Source: Thalassobaculaceae bacterium
Lineage (GTDB): Bacteria > Pseudomonadota > Alphaproteobacteria > Thalassobaculales > Thalassobaculaceae
Length of the DNA: 64,000 bases
NCBI GenBank assembly: GCA_965228875.1
Contig: OZ245843.1
Coordinates: forward strand, 2,524,616-2,588,615
Direction: 5' to 3'
In this document: positions 1 through 8,418 of the stretch, in pieces
How positions within the stretch are numbered: position 1 is the first letter of the stretch
How the letters are laid out: every line of letters starts with the position of its first letter
The notes under the pieces: generated by a model
The model's database searches: none
Told to the model about the DNA's origin: nothing
The model's input: the letters and a program-made list of their open reading frames with translations, nothing else
Made by a program: the position numbers and the translations under genes

Positions 1-3
1 ATC

Positions 4-78
4 GCTGCCGTAGCTCAGGGGTAGAGCACTCCCTTGGTAAGGGAGAGGCCGAGAGTTCAAATCTCTCCGGCAGCACCA
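4..78 (+). tRNA. tRNA-Thr (anticodon GGT)
   Basis: Cloverleaf: acceptor GCTGCCG/CGGCAGC, D-arm TAGCTCAGGGGTAGAGC, anticodon stem CTCCC-TTGGTAA-GGGAG, T-loop GTTCAAATC, encoded 3' CCA. Confidence 0.97.
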
Positions 79-301
79 TCCTCCAAGACTCCCACCGCTG
101 AAGAGCGTACCGGACGGAGGTCGTCCCCTCCACGTCACTCAGAATTCTTGGGCTGACCTGCTCCACGGACGCTGCGTCGTTACATCGAAATATCAGGCAG
201 CATGATCCGCATTGCGGAACAGGCCCGGCCGTGACCGGTTGCCGCCCGCGGCATCTGCGGGCCTAATCGTGGCGTCCCGCCGCCGCGCCGGAACCTCCCG
301 C

Positions 302-1672
302 GTGACCGACCTGCTGATCGACCTGCTGCCGCTCTTCATGTTCCTGACGCTGATGGGGCTGGTGTTCACCAGCTACCCGATCGGCTTCGCGCTGGGCGGC
401 ACGGCGATCCTGTTCGGCTTCATCGGCATGGCGCTCGACGTGTTCGCCTTCGCCGAGTTCTTCGTTTTCGTGCCGCGGGTGTGGAGCGTCGCGGAGAACC
501 TGCAGATCATCGCCGTGCCGCTGTTCGTGTTCATGGGCGTGATGCTGGAACGCTCGCGGATCGCCCAGGACCTGCTCGAGGCGCTGCAGTTGCTGCTGCG
601 CCCGGTGCCCGGCGGCATGGCCCTGGCGGTGACGCTGATGGGGGTGATCTTCGCCGCCATCACCGGCGTGGTCGGCGCCTCGGTCATCATGCTCACCCTG
701 ATCGCCCTGCCGACCATGCTCAAGGCGGGCTACCGGCCGTCGCTGGCGCTCGGCACGATCGCGGCCTCCTCCACGCTCGGCATCCTGATCCCCCCGAGCA
801 TCCTGATCGTGTTCCTGAGCGAGATGATGCAGATCTCCTTCGGCTACCTGTTCGCCGCGGTCATCGCCCCCGGCCTGCTGCTGTCCGGGCTCTACCTGAT
901 CTACATCGCCGGCTACGCCTTCCTGGTGCCGGGTTCGGCGCCGCGCCTGCCGCCCCCGGCGGAGGGCACGAGCCGGGCGGCGTTCTGGGGCGTGATGGCG
1001 CGCGGCATCATCCCACCGGCGATCCTGATCTTCCTGGTCATGGGCTCGGTGCTGTCGGGGCTGGCGACGATCACGGAGTCGGCGGCGGTCGGCGCCGGCG
1101 GCGCGCTGCTGCTGGCCTGGGTCCGCGGCAACCTGACCGGGGAGAAGCTGCGCGAGAGCCTGCACCGCTCCAGCATGACGGTCGGCATGATCTTCGTGCT
1201 GTTCATCGGCGCGACCTGCTTCGCCTTCGTGTTCCGCATTCTCGGCGGCGACGAGGTGGTCCACCTGCTGATCGACGCCGCCGACCTCGGCCCCTGGGGC
1301 ATCCTCATCATGGTGGTCGTGCTGATCTTCCTGATGGGGTTCTTCTTCGATGTGCTGGAGATCATGCTGATCGCCATCCCGATCTTCGGCCCGATCGTCG
1401 CGCCGCTGGATTTCGGCCCGCACATCGCCCGGGGCGACGTGCTGTACTGGTTCGCCGTGCTGGTGGCGATTACCCTGCAGACCTCGTTCCTGACCCCGCC
1501 GATGGGCCTGTCGCTGTTCTACATCAAGGGCGTGGCGCCCTCCTCGATCACCATGCGGCAGATCTATGTCGGCATCGTACCCTTCGTGCTGCTGCAGATG
1601 CTCTGCGTCGCCATCGTCATGGCCTGGCCGGCGCTGGTGACCGGCCTGCCGCACTGGCTGTTCGTGGATTGA
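302..1672 (+). CDS. dctM: TRAP transporter large permease subunit
   Basis: Highly hydrophobic, with DctM motifs (AVPLFVFMG, GTIAASSTLGILIPPS, QTSFLTPPMG). GTG start at 302 preferred over the ORF-track start at 212. Confidence 0.93.
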   Translation: MTDLLIDLLPLFMFLTLMGLVFTSYPIGFALGGTAILFGFIGMALDVFAFAEFFVFVPRVWSVAENLQIIAVPLFVFMGVMLERSRIAQDLLEALQLLLRPVPGGMALAVTLMGVIFAAITGVVGASVIMLTLIALPTMLKAGYRPSLALGTIAASSTLGILIPPSILIVFLSEMMQISFGYLFAAVIAPGLLLSGLYLIYIAGYAFLVPGSAPRLPPPAEGTSRAAFWGVMARGIIPPAILIFLVMGSVLSGLATITESAAVGAGGALLLAWVRGNLTGEKLRESLHRSSMTVGMIFVLFIGATCFAFVFRILGGDEVVHLLIDAADLGPWGILIMVVVLIFLMGFFFDVLEIMLIAIPIFGPIVAPLDFGPHIARGDVLYWFAVLVAITLQTSFLTPPMGLSLFYIKGVAPSSITMRQIYVGIVPFVLLQMLCVAIVMAWPALVTGLPHWLFVD

Positions 1673-1687
1673 GGGGAGAGCAAACTC

Positions 1688-2323
1688 ATGCCCAAAAAAG
1701 ACCCAGTTGGTAGGCCCCCTCGAGACCCCTTTGCATTGTCTAAGAGTCGCAGATACGCAAATTTTTTTGAGGTTGGAGACAAGAAAGAAAAAGAAATAGC
1801 TGTAGCAGAAGAACTTATCATCCATCTTACAAAATGCGGAGAAAAATTTATCCTACCCATTAAAACTGTCTCAGATGACCCTCCCGATGTCGAAATTGAG
1901 AACATTAATGGCATGAAAACAGGAATCGAAATAACAGAAATTGTGGACAAGACACACATTGAAATAGCGGAAACTATATTCAGAAAATCAAATTCAGAAT
2001 ACCAAACAGAAATGCGCTGGAACTCAGAGCTACTGGGAAAATATATAGCAAGCAAATTTGATCAGAAAATTGAAAAAATTAGAGAATCGACACACTATAC
2101 TAATTTCGACCACATCATACTACTATTTTTCTCTGATGAAACGTATATTACTATCGATGTCGTTGATTCCATGTTGCCAAAAATCATTCTTGATGGTGAA
2201 GAATTAATTGATCGTGCATTCTTATTGCTAAGCTACAACCCTACTGCTGATCAAAAGCGATTTCCATCAGGTTATCCTGTGTTTCAGCTACCGTTAAAAC
2301 GTTCATCTATAGGGTCGAAATGA
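1688..2323 (+). CDS. AT-rich hypothetical protein, possible PD-(D/E)xK (restriction endonuclease-like) fold
   Basis: 211-aa ORF with RBS (GAGGGGAG) and stop overlapping the dctQ start (ATGA); motif E...DPPDV...GIEITE; much more AT-rich than its neighbours. Confidence 0.7.
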   Translation: MPKKDPVGRPPRDPFALSKSRRYANFFEVGDKKEKEIAVAEELIIHLTKCGEKFILPIKTVSDDPPDVEIENINGMKTGIEITEIVDKTHIEIAETIFRKSNSEYQTEMRWNSELLGKYIASKFDQKIEKIRESTHYTNFDHIILLFFSDETYITIDVVDSMLPKIILDGEELIDRAFLLLSYNPTADQKRFPSGYPVFQLPLKRSSIGSK

Positions 2324-2949
2324 CCGTCTCGACCGCCCGCTGGCACCGGCTGCTGCGCCTGGCCGATCTGCTGGAACGGCCGGCGGTCCGGGTCGGCGAG
2401 GCGGTGTCGTGGCTGTTCCTGCCGCTGATCGGCATTATCCTGTTCGACGCACTGGCCCGGCGCTACCTGCGGAAGCTCGACTTCGTCATGGAGAGCGACC
2501 TGCACTTCTACCTGAACTCGCCGGCCATGCAGGACGCAGAGTGGCACCTCCACACCATCATCATGTTCTGCGCGCTCGGGTATGCCTATGCCTGCAACGC
2601 CCATGTCCGGCTCGACATCTTCCGCCCGCGCCTCGGCGCCGCCGGCCGGCTCTGGGTCGAGTTCCTGGGCGGGCTGTTCCTGCTGATGCCCTTCGTCGTG
2701 ATCTTCGCCGCCGACTGCTTCGACTTCTTCCGGATCGCCTGGGTGCATGACGAGACCGCCGGCGAGACCAACGGCATCGGCGAGCGCTGGTTCATCAAGT
2801 TCTTCATCTTCCTCGGCCCGCTGCTGCTGTTCGCCGCCGGCCTGTCGCTGCTGATCCGCCTGGCGGTGCGCCTGTTCGGCTCGCGCGACCTGGCCGGCGC
2901 GACACGCACGGACACGATCGTCGACAGCGATTTCTCGGCGTTCAATTGA
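2320..2949 (+). CDS. dctQ: TRAP transporter small permease subunit
   Basis: Four TM segments, EWHL and HVRLDIF motifs, next to dctM. Confidence 0.9.
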   Translation: MTVSTARWHRLLRLADLLERPAVRVGEAVSWLFLPLIGIILFDALARRYLRKLDFVMESDLHFYLNSPAMQDAEWHLHTIIMFCALGYAYACNAHVRLDIFRPRLGAAGRLWVEFLGGLFLLMPFVVIFAADCFDFFRIAWVHDETAGETNGIGERWFIKFFIFLGPLLLFAAGLSLLIRLAVRLFGSRDLAGATRTDTIVDSDFSAFN

Positions 2950-3042
2950 CAGCGCGGCAACCGCGCTGGACGCGTGTTGCGAACTCCTCTAGAGTCACCA
3001 TATGGGAAATTGTTGATCATCACACCCACATGGGGTGGATTT

Positions 3043-3423
3043 ATGACCAATTCTGTTGCAGAGCCAGCGGCGAATTCCGGCGAGACGGCCGTCAACAAGG
3101 CGGTCGTCCGGGCCGCCGACTTTCTCAAGCTCACCCAGGCGGAGCTCGGCGAGATCATCGGCCTGACCAGTTCTTCCGCCTCGCGCTTCGTGAATGGCCA
3201 GCAGCCCCTGCGCAAAGGCACGAAGCCTTACCAACTGAGCCTTCTGCTGGTGCGGGTCTTCCGCTCCCTGGATGCCATAAGCGGCGGCGACGAGCGTTAC
3301 AACCGGGACTGGCTGCGCGCCGACAACCTGGCCCTGCACGGGGTGCCTCTGGAGATGATGAAACGCCCGGAAGGACTGTCCGATGTCCTTGCCTACCTCG
3401 ATAGCCGGCGCGCCATCGTCTGA
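3043..3423 (+). CDS. Xre/MbcA/ParS-family antitoxin (HTH plus C-terminal toxin-binding domain)
   Basis: N-terminal HTH (LTQAELGEIIGLTSSSASRF), C-terminal WLRADNLALHGVPLEM..GLSDVLAYLD signature, overlaps a RES gene. Confidence 0.88.
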   Translation: MTNSVAEPAANSGETAVNKAVVRAADFLKLTQAELGEIIGLTSSSASRFVNGQQPLRKGTKPYQLSLLLVRVFRSLDAISGGDERYNRDWLRADNLALHGVPLEMMKRPEGLSDVLAYLDSRRAIV

Positions 3424-4129
3424 GGCTAGGCCCTGGCGCGGCGCGGTCTGGCGTCTGGCCGAGGCACAGCACATCAACGCCACGCGGAAGCTCGTGGACT
3501 CGTTCGACGAGCAGAGCGCGTTGGAGGCGGAACTTGAGGGCAGCAAGCCGCCCTATCCTCCGGACTGCGCCGGTCTCCACTTCCTGCTGTTCACCCCGTT
3601 CCGCTACCGCGCCACTCCGACAGGCGGGTCCCGGTTCCGCGCGCCCGGCTTCACGCCCGGTGTCTATTACGGCGCCCAGGAGGTGGAGACCGCCGTCGCC
3701 GAAGTGTGTCACCACCGCATGCGCACCTTCCGCGACGCACCCGACGTGCAGCCGCCCACCAACCCGTCATCATTCACCGCATTCCGGGTGACCGCCGCGA
3801 CGCAGCGGGGCTTGAATCTGACGCTGCCGCCCTTCGCCGAACATGCCGGGCTCTGGACCGCGTCGGAAGACTACGGCGCATGTCAGGCGCTGGCGGGTCG
3901 GGCCCGCGCCGCGGATGTCGGGGTGATCCTGTCACAGTCGGTCCGCGATCCTTATGGGCGGCTCAATGTCAGCATCCTGACCTGTGCCGCCTTCGTCAGT
4001 CGCGAGCCGGAGGCGCAGCAGTCGTGGGAGGTCTGCGCATCCACCATCGATGCCTGGGCAATCCGAGAGTTCCCCAGGCTGGCCCTGGAGTTCGACTGGG
4101 CATCAACGTCGAAGCATCGGTCGGCCTGA
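3383..4129 (+). CDS. RES-domain toxin (NAD+-degrading family)
   Basis: TPFRY..GSRFR..GVYYG..ETAVAE..SVRDP motifs typical of RES proteins; downstream of the antitoxin. Confidence 0.88.
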   Translation: MSLPTSIAGAPSSEARPWRGAVWRLAEAQHINATRKLVDSFDEQSALEAELEGSKPPYPPDCAGLHFLLFTPFRYRATPTGGSRFRAPGFTPGVYYGAQEVETAVAEVCHHRMRTFRDAPDVQPPTNPSSFTAFRVTAATQRGLNLTLPPFAEHAGLWTASEDYGACQALAGRARAADVGVILSQSVRDPYGRLNVSILTCAAFVSREPEAQQSWEVCASTIDAWAIREFPRLALEFDWASTSKHRSA

Positions 4130-4156
4130 CGGTTCAGGCCGACCGCGCCCCGACTC

Positions 4157-4202
4157 ACTTCATCGGCGAGTGCGCCGGTTTACTTCATCGGCGAGTGCGC
4201 CG
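4157..4202. repeat. 21-bp direct repeat duplicating the 3' end of the NIPSNAP gene
   Basis: ACTTCATCGGCGAGTGCGCCG at 4157-4177 and 4182-4202. Confidence 0.9.
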
Positions 4203-4815
4203 AGGGGAACCACAGGACGGAGTGCATCTCGTCGAGCATCGGGCCCGCTTCCTTCAGGAACTCCTTCCATTCCGGATCCTGGGCGCAGGCGTTGCGCGCC
4301 TCCATGCGGTGCTCGAAGCTGTCATAGGCCCAGATGTGCGAGACCTCGTTCGGCTGCCCCGCCTCGGTGTGGAAGATGCCGACATTCTTCGAGTACTTCT
4401 CGCGCGCCGGCTGCACGGCCAGGAACTTCTCCAGCCACGGCTTCGCCTTGCCGACCTTGGTGCGGTAGTAGCGGTACTCGTAGATATGGCCCTCTCCCTC
4501 GGGCGGGGTCAGCGGCTTCATCGGGTTCAGCAGCCGGATGTCCTGGCGCAGGATCAGCGGACCGGCGACGGCCAGGTACTTGTTCTTCCAGTCGGCGTTC
4601 TCGGACAGTGCGGCGCGGCGATCGGCCCGGTGGTTCAGGTCGTCGTAGGACCACAGGTGATGCACCTGGTTCAGCGCGCCGATCTCGGTCAGCCAGTAGC
4701 CTTCCAGCGTACCGTAGTCGTTGCCGCGGATCGGCCGGCCGATCTCGCCGGAATACTTCGCCAGCAGCGGCGCCTGGCCGGCCGGCGTGGTGTAGGTCCT
4801 CAACTCGTAGATCAT
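4180..4815 (-). CDS. NIPSNAP family protein (two domains)
   Basis: MIYELRTY...HLWSY..LNHR and a second IYEYRYY...HIWAYDSFEHR; ends PSAHSPMK. Confidence 0.9.
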   Translation of the reverse strand: MIYELRTYTTPAGQAPLLAKYSGEIGRPIRGNDYGTLEGYWLTEIGALNQVHHLWSYDDLNHRADRRAALSENADWKNKYLAVAGPLILRQDIRLLNPMKPLTPPEGEGHIYEYRYYRTKVGKAKPWLEKFLAVQPAREKYSKNVGIFHTEAGQPNEVSHIWAYDSFEHRMEARNACAQDPEWKEFLKEAGPMLDEMHSVLWFPSAHSPMK

Positions 4816-4939
4816 TTCGGTCTCCCCTGTGGCGCCGCCGCGTCCGTGCACCGGCGGCCGGTCGTTCTGTCGGTATCGGATCCTGCCCAGCCCCGCCTTC
4901 TGCCGGAAGCGGCGGTTTCGGCACGACAGCCGTCGCCCA

Positions 4940-4977
4940 CCCCGGTTGGCCGCCCCGGTTGGCCGCCCCGGTTGGCG
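4940..4977. repeat. Intergenic tandem repeat, about 3 x 13 bp (CCCCGGTTGGCCG)
   Basis: Read directly from sequence; third copy imperfect. Confidence 0.85.
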
Positions 4978-5013
4978 CCCCCCCCGGCTACCCCGGTCGC
5001 CCCCTACTCGGCC

Positions 5014-5901
5014 CTATTCGGCGGCGATCGGCGGGACAGTCTCGTCCAGCGTGCCGCAGGTCCCGGCGACGCGGGTCTGGCGCATGCGCCGACGATAGGC
5101 ATCGGCATCGTACCCCGCACCCCGGTGCAGGAGGCAGCGGTTGTCCCAGATCACCAGATCGCCGGCCTGCCAGCGGTGGCGGTAGATCGAGGGCGCCCGG
5201 GTCGCCTCCTCGAGCAGACCGTCCAGCAGCGCCCGGCTGTCGTCGAAGGTCCACCCCTCGATCTCCTTGGCGTGGGAGCCGATGTAGACGTTGCGCGCGC
5301 CGGTCGACGGGTTGGCCCGCACCAGGCGCTGACGCACCGGCGGCAGGGACGCGGCATGCGACTGCGAGACCGCCGCCACCTTCGAGCGCGAGAAGACGTA
5401 GTCATGGATGCAGATTAGGGGGTCGATCCGCGCCCGCTCCGCCTCGTCAAGCCGGTAGTAGGCGGCTCGCCCGCTGACGAACTCGGTCTCCCCGCCTTCG
5501 TCGGGCACCTCATGCGCCGACATGATCGACACGAAGGTCGGCACCGCACGGAAAGAGCTGTCCGAATGCCACAGGTTGTTGCCGGTCTGGAACACGGTGC
5601 GCTGGTGAGCGTTGCCGTATTTGGTGCCGTCCTCCATCACGTTGCCGATGGTGTGGAAGTGCTCCACCTGACCGGTGTTGCCCAGCGTCACGTGGTTCGC
5701 CTCGGGCTCGCCGAGCGCGCGGGTCAGCGCGAGCTGATGCTCGTCCTGAAGATGCTGACCCGGAAAGTGCAGAAACGAGTACGCGTCGATCGCCTCTCGG
5801 ATCTCCGCGACATGGGCCGGATCGAGGGCGTCGGTCAGATCGGGGCCGGTCAGTGTGGCGCCGAACTCCTCATGCAAGGGGGCAATGGTGAATGCCGTCA
5901 T
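5014..5901 (-). CDS. TauD/TfdA family Fe(II)/2-oxoglutarate dioxygenase
   Basis: WHSDSSF (HxD), GGETEF, WDNRCLLHRG; ATG 5901 with GGAGGAG RBS. Confidence 0.93.
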   Translation of the reverse strand: MTAFTIAPLHEEFGATLTGPDLTDALDPAHVAEIREAIDAYSFLHFPGQHLQDEHQLALTRALGEPEANHVTLGNTGQVEHFHTIGNVMEDGTKYGNAHQRTVFQTGNNLWHSDSSFRAVPTFVSIMSAHEVPDEGGETEFVSGRAAYYRLDEAERARIDPLICIHDYVFSRSKVAAVSQSHAASLPPVRQRLVRANPSTGARNVYIGSHAKEIEGWTFDDSRALLDGLLEEATRAPSIYRHRWQAGDLVIWDNRCLLHRGAGYDADAYRRRMRQTRVAGTCGTLDETVPPIAAE

Positions 5902-5999
5902 GGATGCTCCTCCCGCGTGCGGCCCTGTTGCGGGCCATCGTCCTTGGTTGCATCCAGCGTGATGGAACGCCGTCCCGGCCGCAAGACACCGCGTCGCAG

Positions 6000-6623
6000 C
6001 TAGAGATGCTTCGGCTCGTCCTCCCAGCGCGACCCGTTGGGGCCGGTCACCGGGGTCTCGCCGAAATACAGGACGCCGATGGTCATGGCCGCACCGGCGC
6101 TGCCGAAGGCCGTTACCGGACAGTGGACGCTCTGATAGGTGCGCCAGGTCTTGTCCACCGCCCATGCCACGTAGCCGTGACGGAATACCGGCCCGGACTT
6201 GACGATCGGCCGGCGGAAGGTGTCGATTACCTTGTCACGGGCGCCGCCGTAGTTGCTCTCCAGAACCGTGCCGCCGGTATAGTCGCGGTTCAGGAACCGG
6301 GTGATCTGGGTACCGATCATGCGGTAGCGGAAGTCTGTGCCGCCGTCGATCACGTCCATGATGATGACGTGTCCGAACCAGGGAACCAGATCCTCGATCC
6401 CGAACTCGGCCCTGTCGGGGATCGACCGTCCCTGGCGGCGCGCCTGCCACAGGTCGGCGAAGGCGCAGACGTCCGGGTGGTTCGACCGGGCGACAACGTC
6501 CGAGTTTCGCCCCCAGCCGAGGGCCGCCACTCCCCTCAATAGGCTCTTTGGCGCCATGTACCCTCTTGGCCCGCGCCATCGCTGACGGGCTGCCAATGCA
6601 GTCCGCTCCGACCGGGGCTCCAT
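6000..6623 (-). CDS. PAS_5-like stand-alone PAS domain protein (start uncertain; 6557 is an alternative)
   Basis: W...R.GRSIPDRAEF...FRYRMIGT...DYTG pattern of alphaproteobacterial PAS_5 proteins. Confidence 0.75.
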   Translation of the reverse strand: MEPRSERTALAARQRWRGPRGYMAPKSLLRGVAALGWGRNSDVVARSNHPDVCAFADLWQARRQGRSIPDRAEFGIEDLVPWFGHVIIMDVIDGGTDFRYRMIGTQITRFLNRDYTGGTVLESNYGGARDKVIDTFRRPIVKSGPVFRHGYVAWAVDKTWRTYQSVHCPVTAFGSAGAAMTIGVLYFGETPVTGPNGSRWEDEPKHL

Positions 6624-6638
6624 GGTGTACACATACAG

Positions 6639-6653
6639 TTAAGATACGCCTAA
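6639..6653 (-). promoter_or_regulatory. CtrA-like box (TTAG-N7-TTAAC on the minus strand)
   Basis: TTAA-GATACGC-CTAA, one mismatch to TTAA-N7-TTAA, in an AT-rich patch between divergent genes. Confidence 0.45.
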
Positions 6654-6805
6654 ATCGATTGCTGGCATACGGCCCCGCCCGGCATCGCTCCACCGGCCTT
6701 GCATGGCGGCGGAAATGCCGCTTCAGTCGGCGCCCGCGCCAGAATACGAAAGCCAGTTCCGCCGTGACCCCCGCCCGAGCGACCCCAGACATCGACCCCC
6801 GCCGC

Positions 6806-8317
6806 ATGCTGGTTGATGACCCTGCCGATTCCGCGGCGATGCAGGGTCTCCTCGCCGGCCTCGACGACACCCCGTCGCTGTTCGACTGGGCGCGGCGGGC
6901 GACTCTCCACGACACCCTTGGCCCGGTCCCGCTGCGCCGGTTGCTGCTGCGGGCCGGCGCGTTGGATGCGGAAGCGCTCGCACGTTGGGCCGAGGCGGCG
7001 CCGCTTCCGAACCGCCACCCGCTGCGGCTGATCGGCACCCTGGTCAAACGGCGGGAACCGCGGCGACGCGCCCAGCCGCCACACCCCGGAACCGCCTTCG
7101 TCGACTTCGAGAGGCGCATCGACTGGCTGCGCTTCATTGCGGCCACCGAACCGGTGCCGAGTTCGCTCGCATCGGCGATCGAAGCGACGCTGATCAAGGT
7201 CGCGATGTGCCGCGAGTTGCAGGAGGCCGGACTCATCGCGGAAGCCCTGCGGGCCGGGCGCGAGGCGTCACTGTTCAACCGGACCGTCCGGCGCAGGCTG
7301 TACGGCGATCAGGGGCGCGGCTTCACATCGAACTGGACCCAGGCGATCGGCCATATGGTGCTGTTCATCCATATGCTCGCGGCGCAGCGTTATGGACTCG
7401 CCGACTGGAAGCGCACCTTGCTGGAAGGCGGTCGGATCGCCAACCCCGCCCTGCATGCCATGGCGGAGGCGACTTACGGGACGGTTACCACCTCCAACGC
7501 CCCCAGCGTCTACTGCGAGCCGCATGGCAGCCTGCTCCCGGAGGTGGTTGGCGACGAGATCCTCGATATTTTCGAGTTCTGCGGCCGGGTCGACTCGGTG
7601 GCCCGGGCCCGCGGCGAGACCGTGCTGCCAATCCCGCCACGGGCCGGCGCCCTGGACCGGTTCCTGACGGCGCACGGACTCGCGGCCGGCGGGCCCTTCG
7701 TGACGCTTCACTGTCGGGAGAGCGGGTTCAAACTCAGGGGCCGGCACGGAGCGCGCAACGCGTCGGTTTCGGATTACGAGCCGGCGATCGACGCGCTGAT
7801 CGACCGGGGATTCACCGTTGTCCGCATCGGCGACCCGTCGATGACACCGCTGCCCCCCCGGAGCGGTCTGATCGACTATGCGCGAGCCCCGGAGAAGTCG
7901 GCCGAACTGGACATCCTGCTTCCGGCCCATGCCGCGTTCCACATCGGCACGAGTTCCGGGTTGTCGCTGGTGCCGCTGCTGTTCGGCCGGCCCTGTCTGT
8001 TCACGAACTGGTATCCGACCAATCTGATGCCGTGGGGACGCCGCACCCGGACACTCATGAAACGCCTGGTTCGGTGCGATACCGGTGAGGCCGTCACGGA
8101 CTCGCAGACGCTCTTCACCATCGGGATGGTTACCGACGAGACGATGCTCGAGCACCTCGGTTACTCCCTAGAGGAGAACTCGGCATTCGAAATTCTGGAA
8201 ACAGTATGTGAATTTATTCACACCATCTCCGAAGGGCGACCCTTCCGGAGTCCGCACCACTTCCTCTACACTTCCGATGGGAGCAGGGTCACGATAGGTG
8301 GTCGCGCTGTCCGATAG
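6806..8317 (+). CDS. TIGR04372-like putative glycosyltransferase (start uncertain)
   Basis: AIGH, FVTLHCRE..RNA..Y..AI..L...GFTVVRIGD, GTSSGL..VPLLFGRP..TNW, EENS..EI motifs. Confidence 0.75.
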   Translation: MLVDDPADSAAMQGLLAGLDDTPSLFDWARRATLHDTLGPVPLRRLLLRAGALDAEALARWAEAAPLPNRHPLRLIGTLVKRREPRRRAQPPHPGTAFVDFERRIDWLRFIAATEPVPSSLASAIEATLIKVAMCRELQEAGLIAEALRAGREASLFNRTVRRRLYGDQGRGFTSNWTQAIGHMVLFIHMLAAQRYGLADWKRTLLEGGRIANPALHAMAEATYGTVTTSNAPSVYCEPHGSLLPEVVGDEILDIFEFCGRVDSVARARGETVLPIPPRAGALDRFLTAHGLAAGGPFVTLHCRESGFKLRGRHGARNASVSDYEPAIDALIDRGFTVVRIGDPSMTPLPPRSGLIDYARAPEKSAELDILLPAHAAFHIGTSSGLSLVPLLFGRPCLFTNWYPTNLMPWGRRTRTLMKRLVRCDTGEAVTDSQTLFTIGMVTDETMLEHLGYSLEENSAFEILETVCEFIHTISEGRPFRSPHHFLYTSDGSRVTIGGRAVR

Positions 8318-8418
8318 GACTGCCTTCGCCTCACGAAACACCGCCGCCGAACTCGCATTCCGATACTGCTGCCGGACTTCGAATGCCCGCCGCCACACGG
8401 ATTTAGCGAGCGTTGAAG

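Noticed and set aside
4..4202. Intact tRNA-anchored genomic island or prophage
   Set aside because: No integrase, and no convincing duplicate of the tRNA 3' end found by eye in the window
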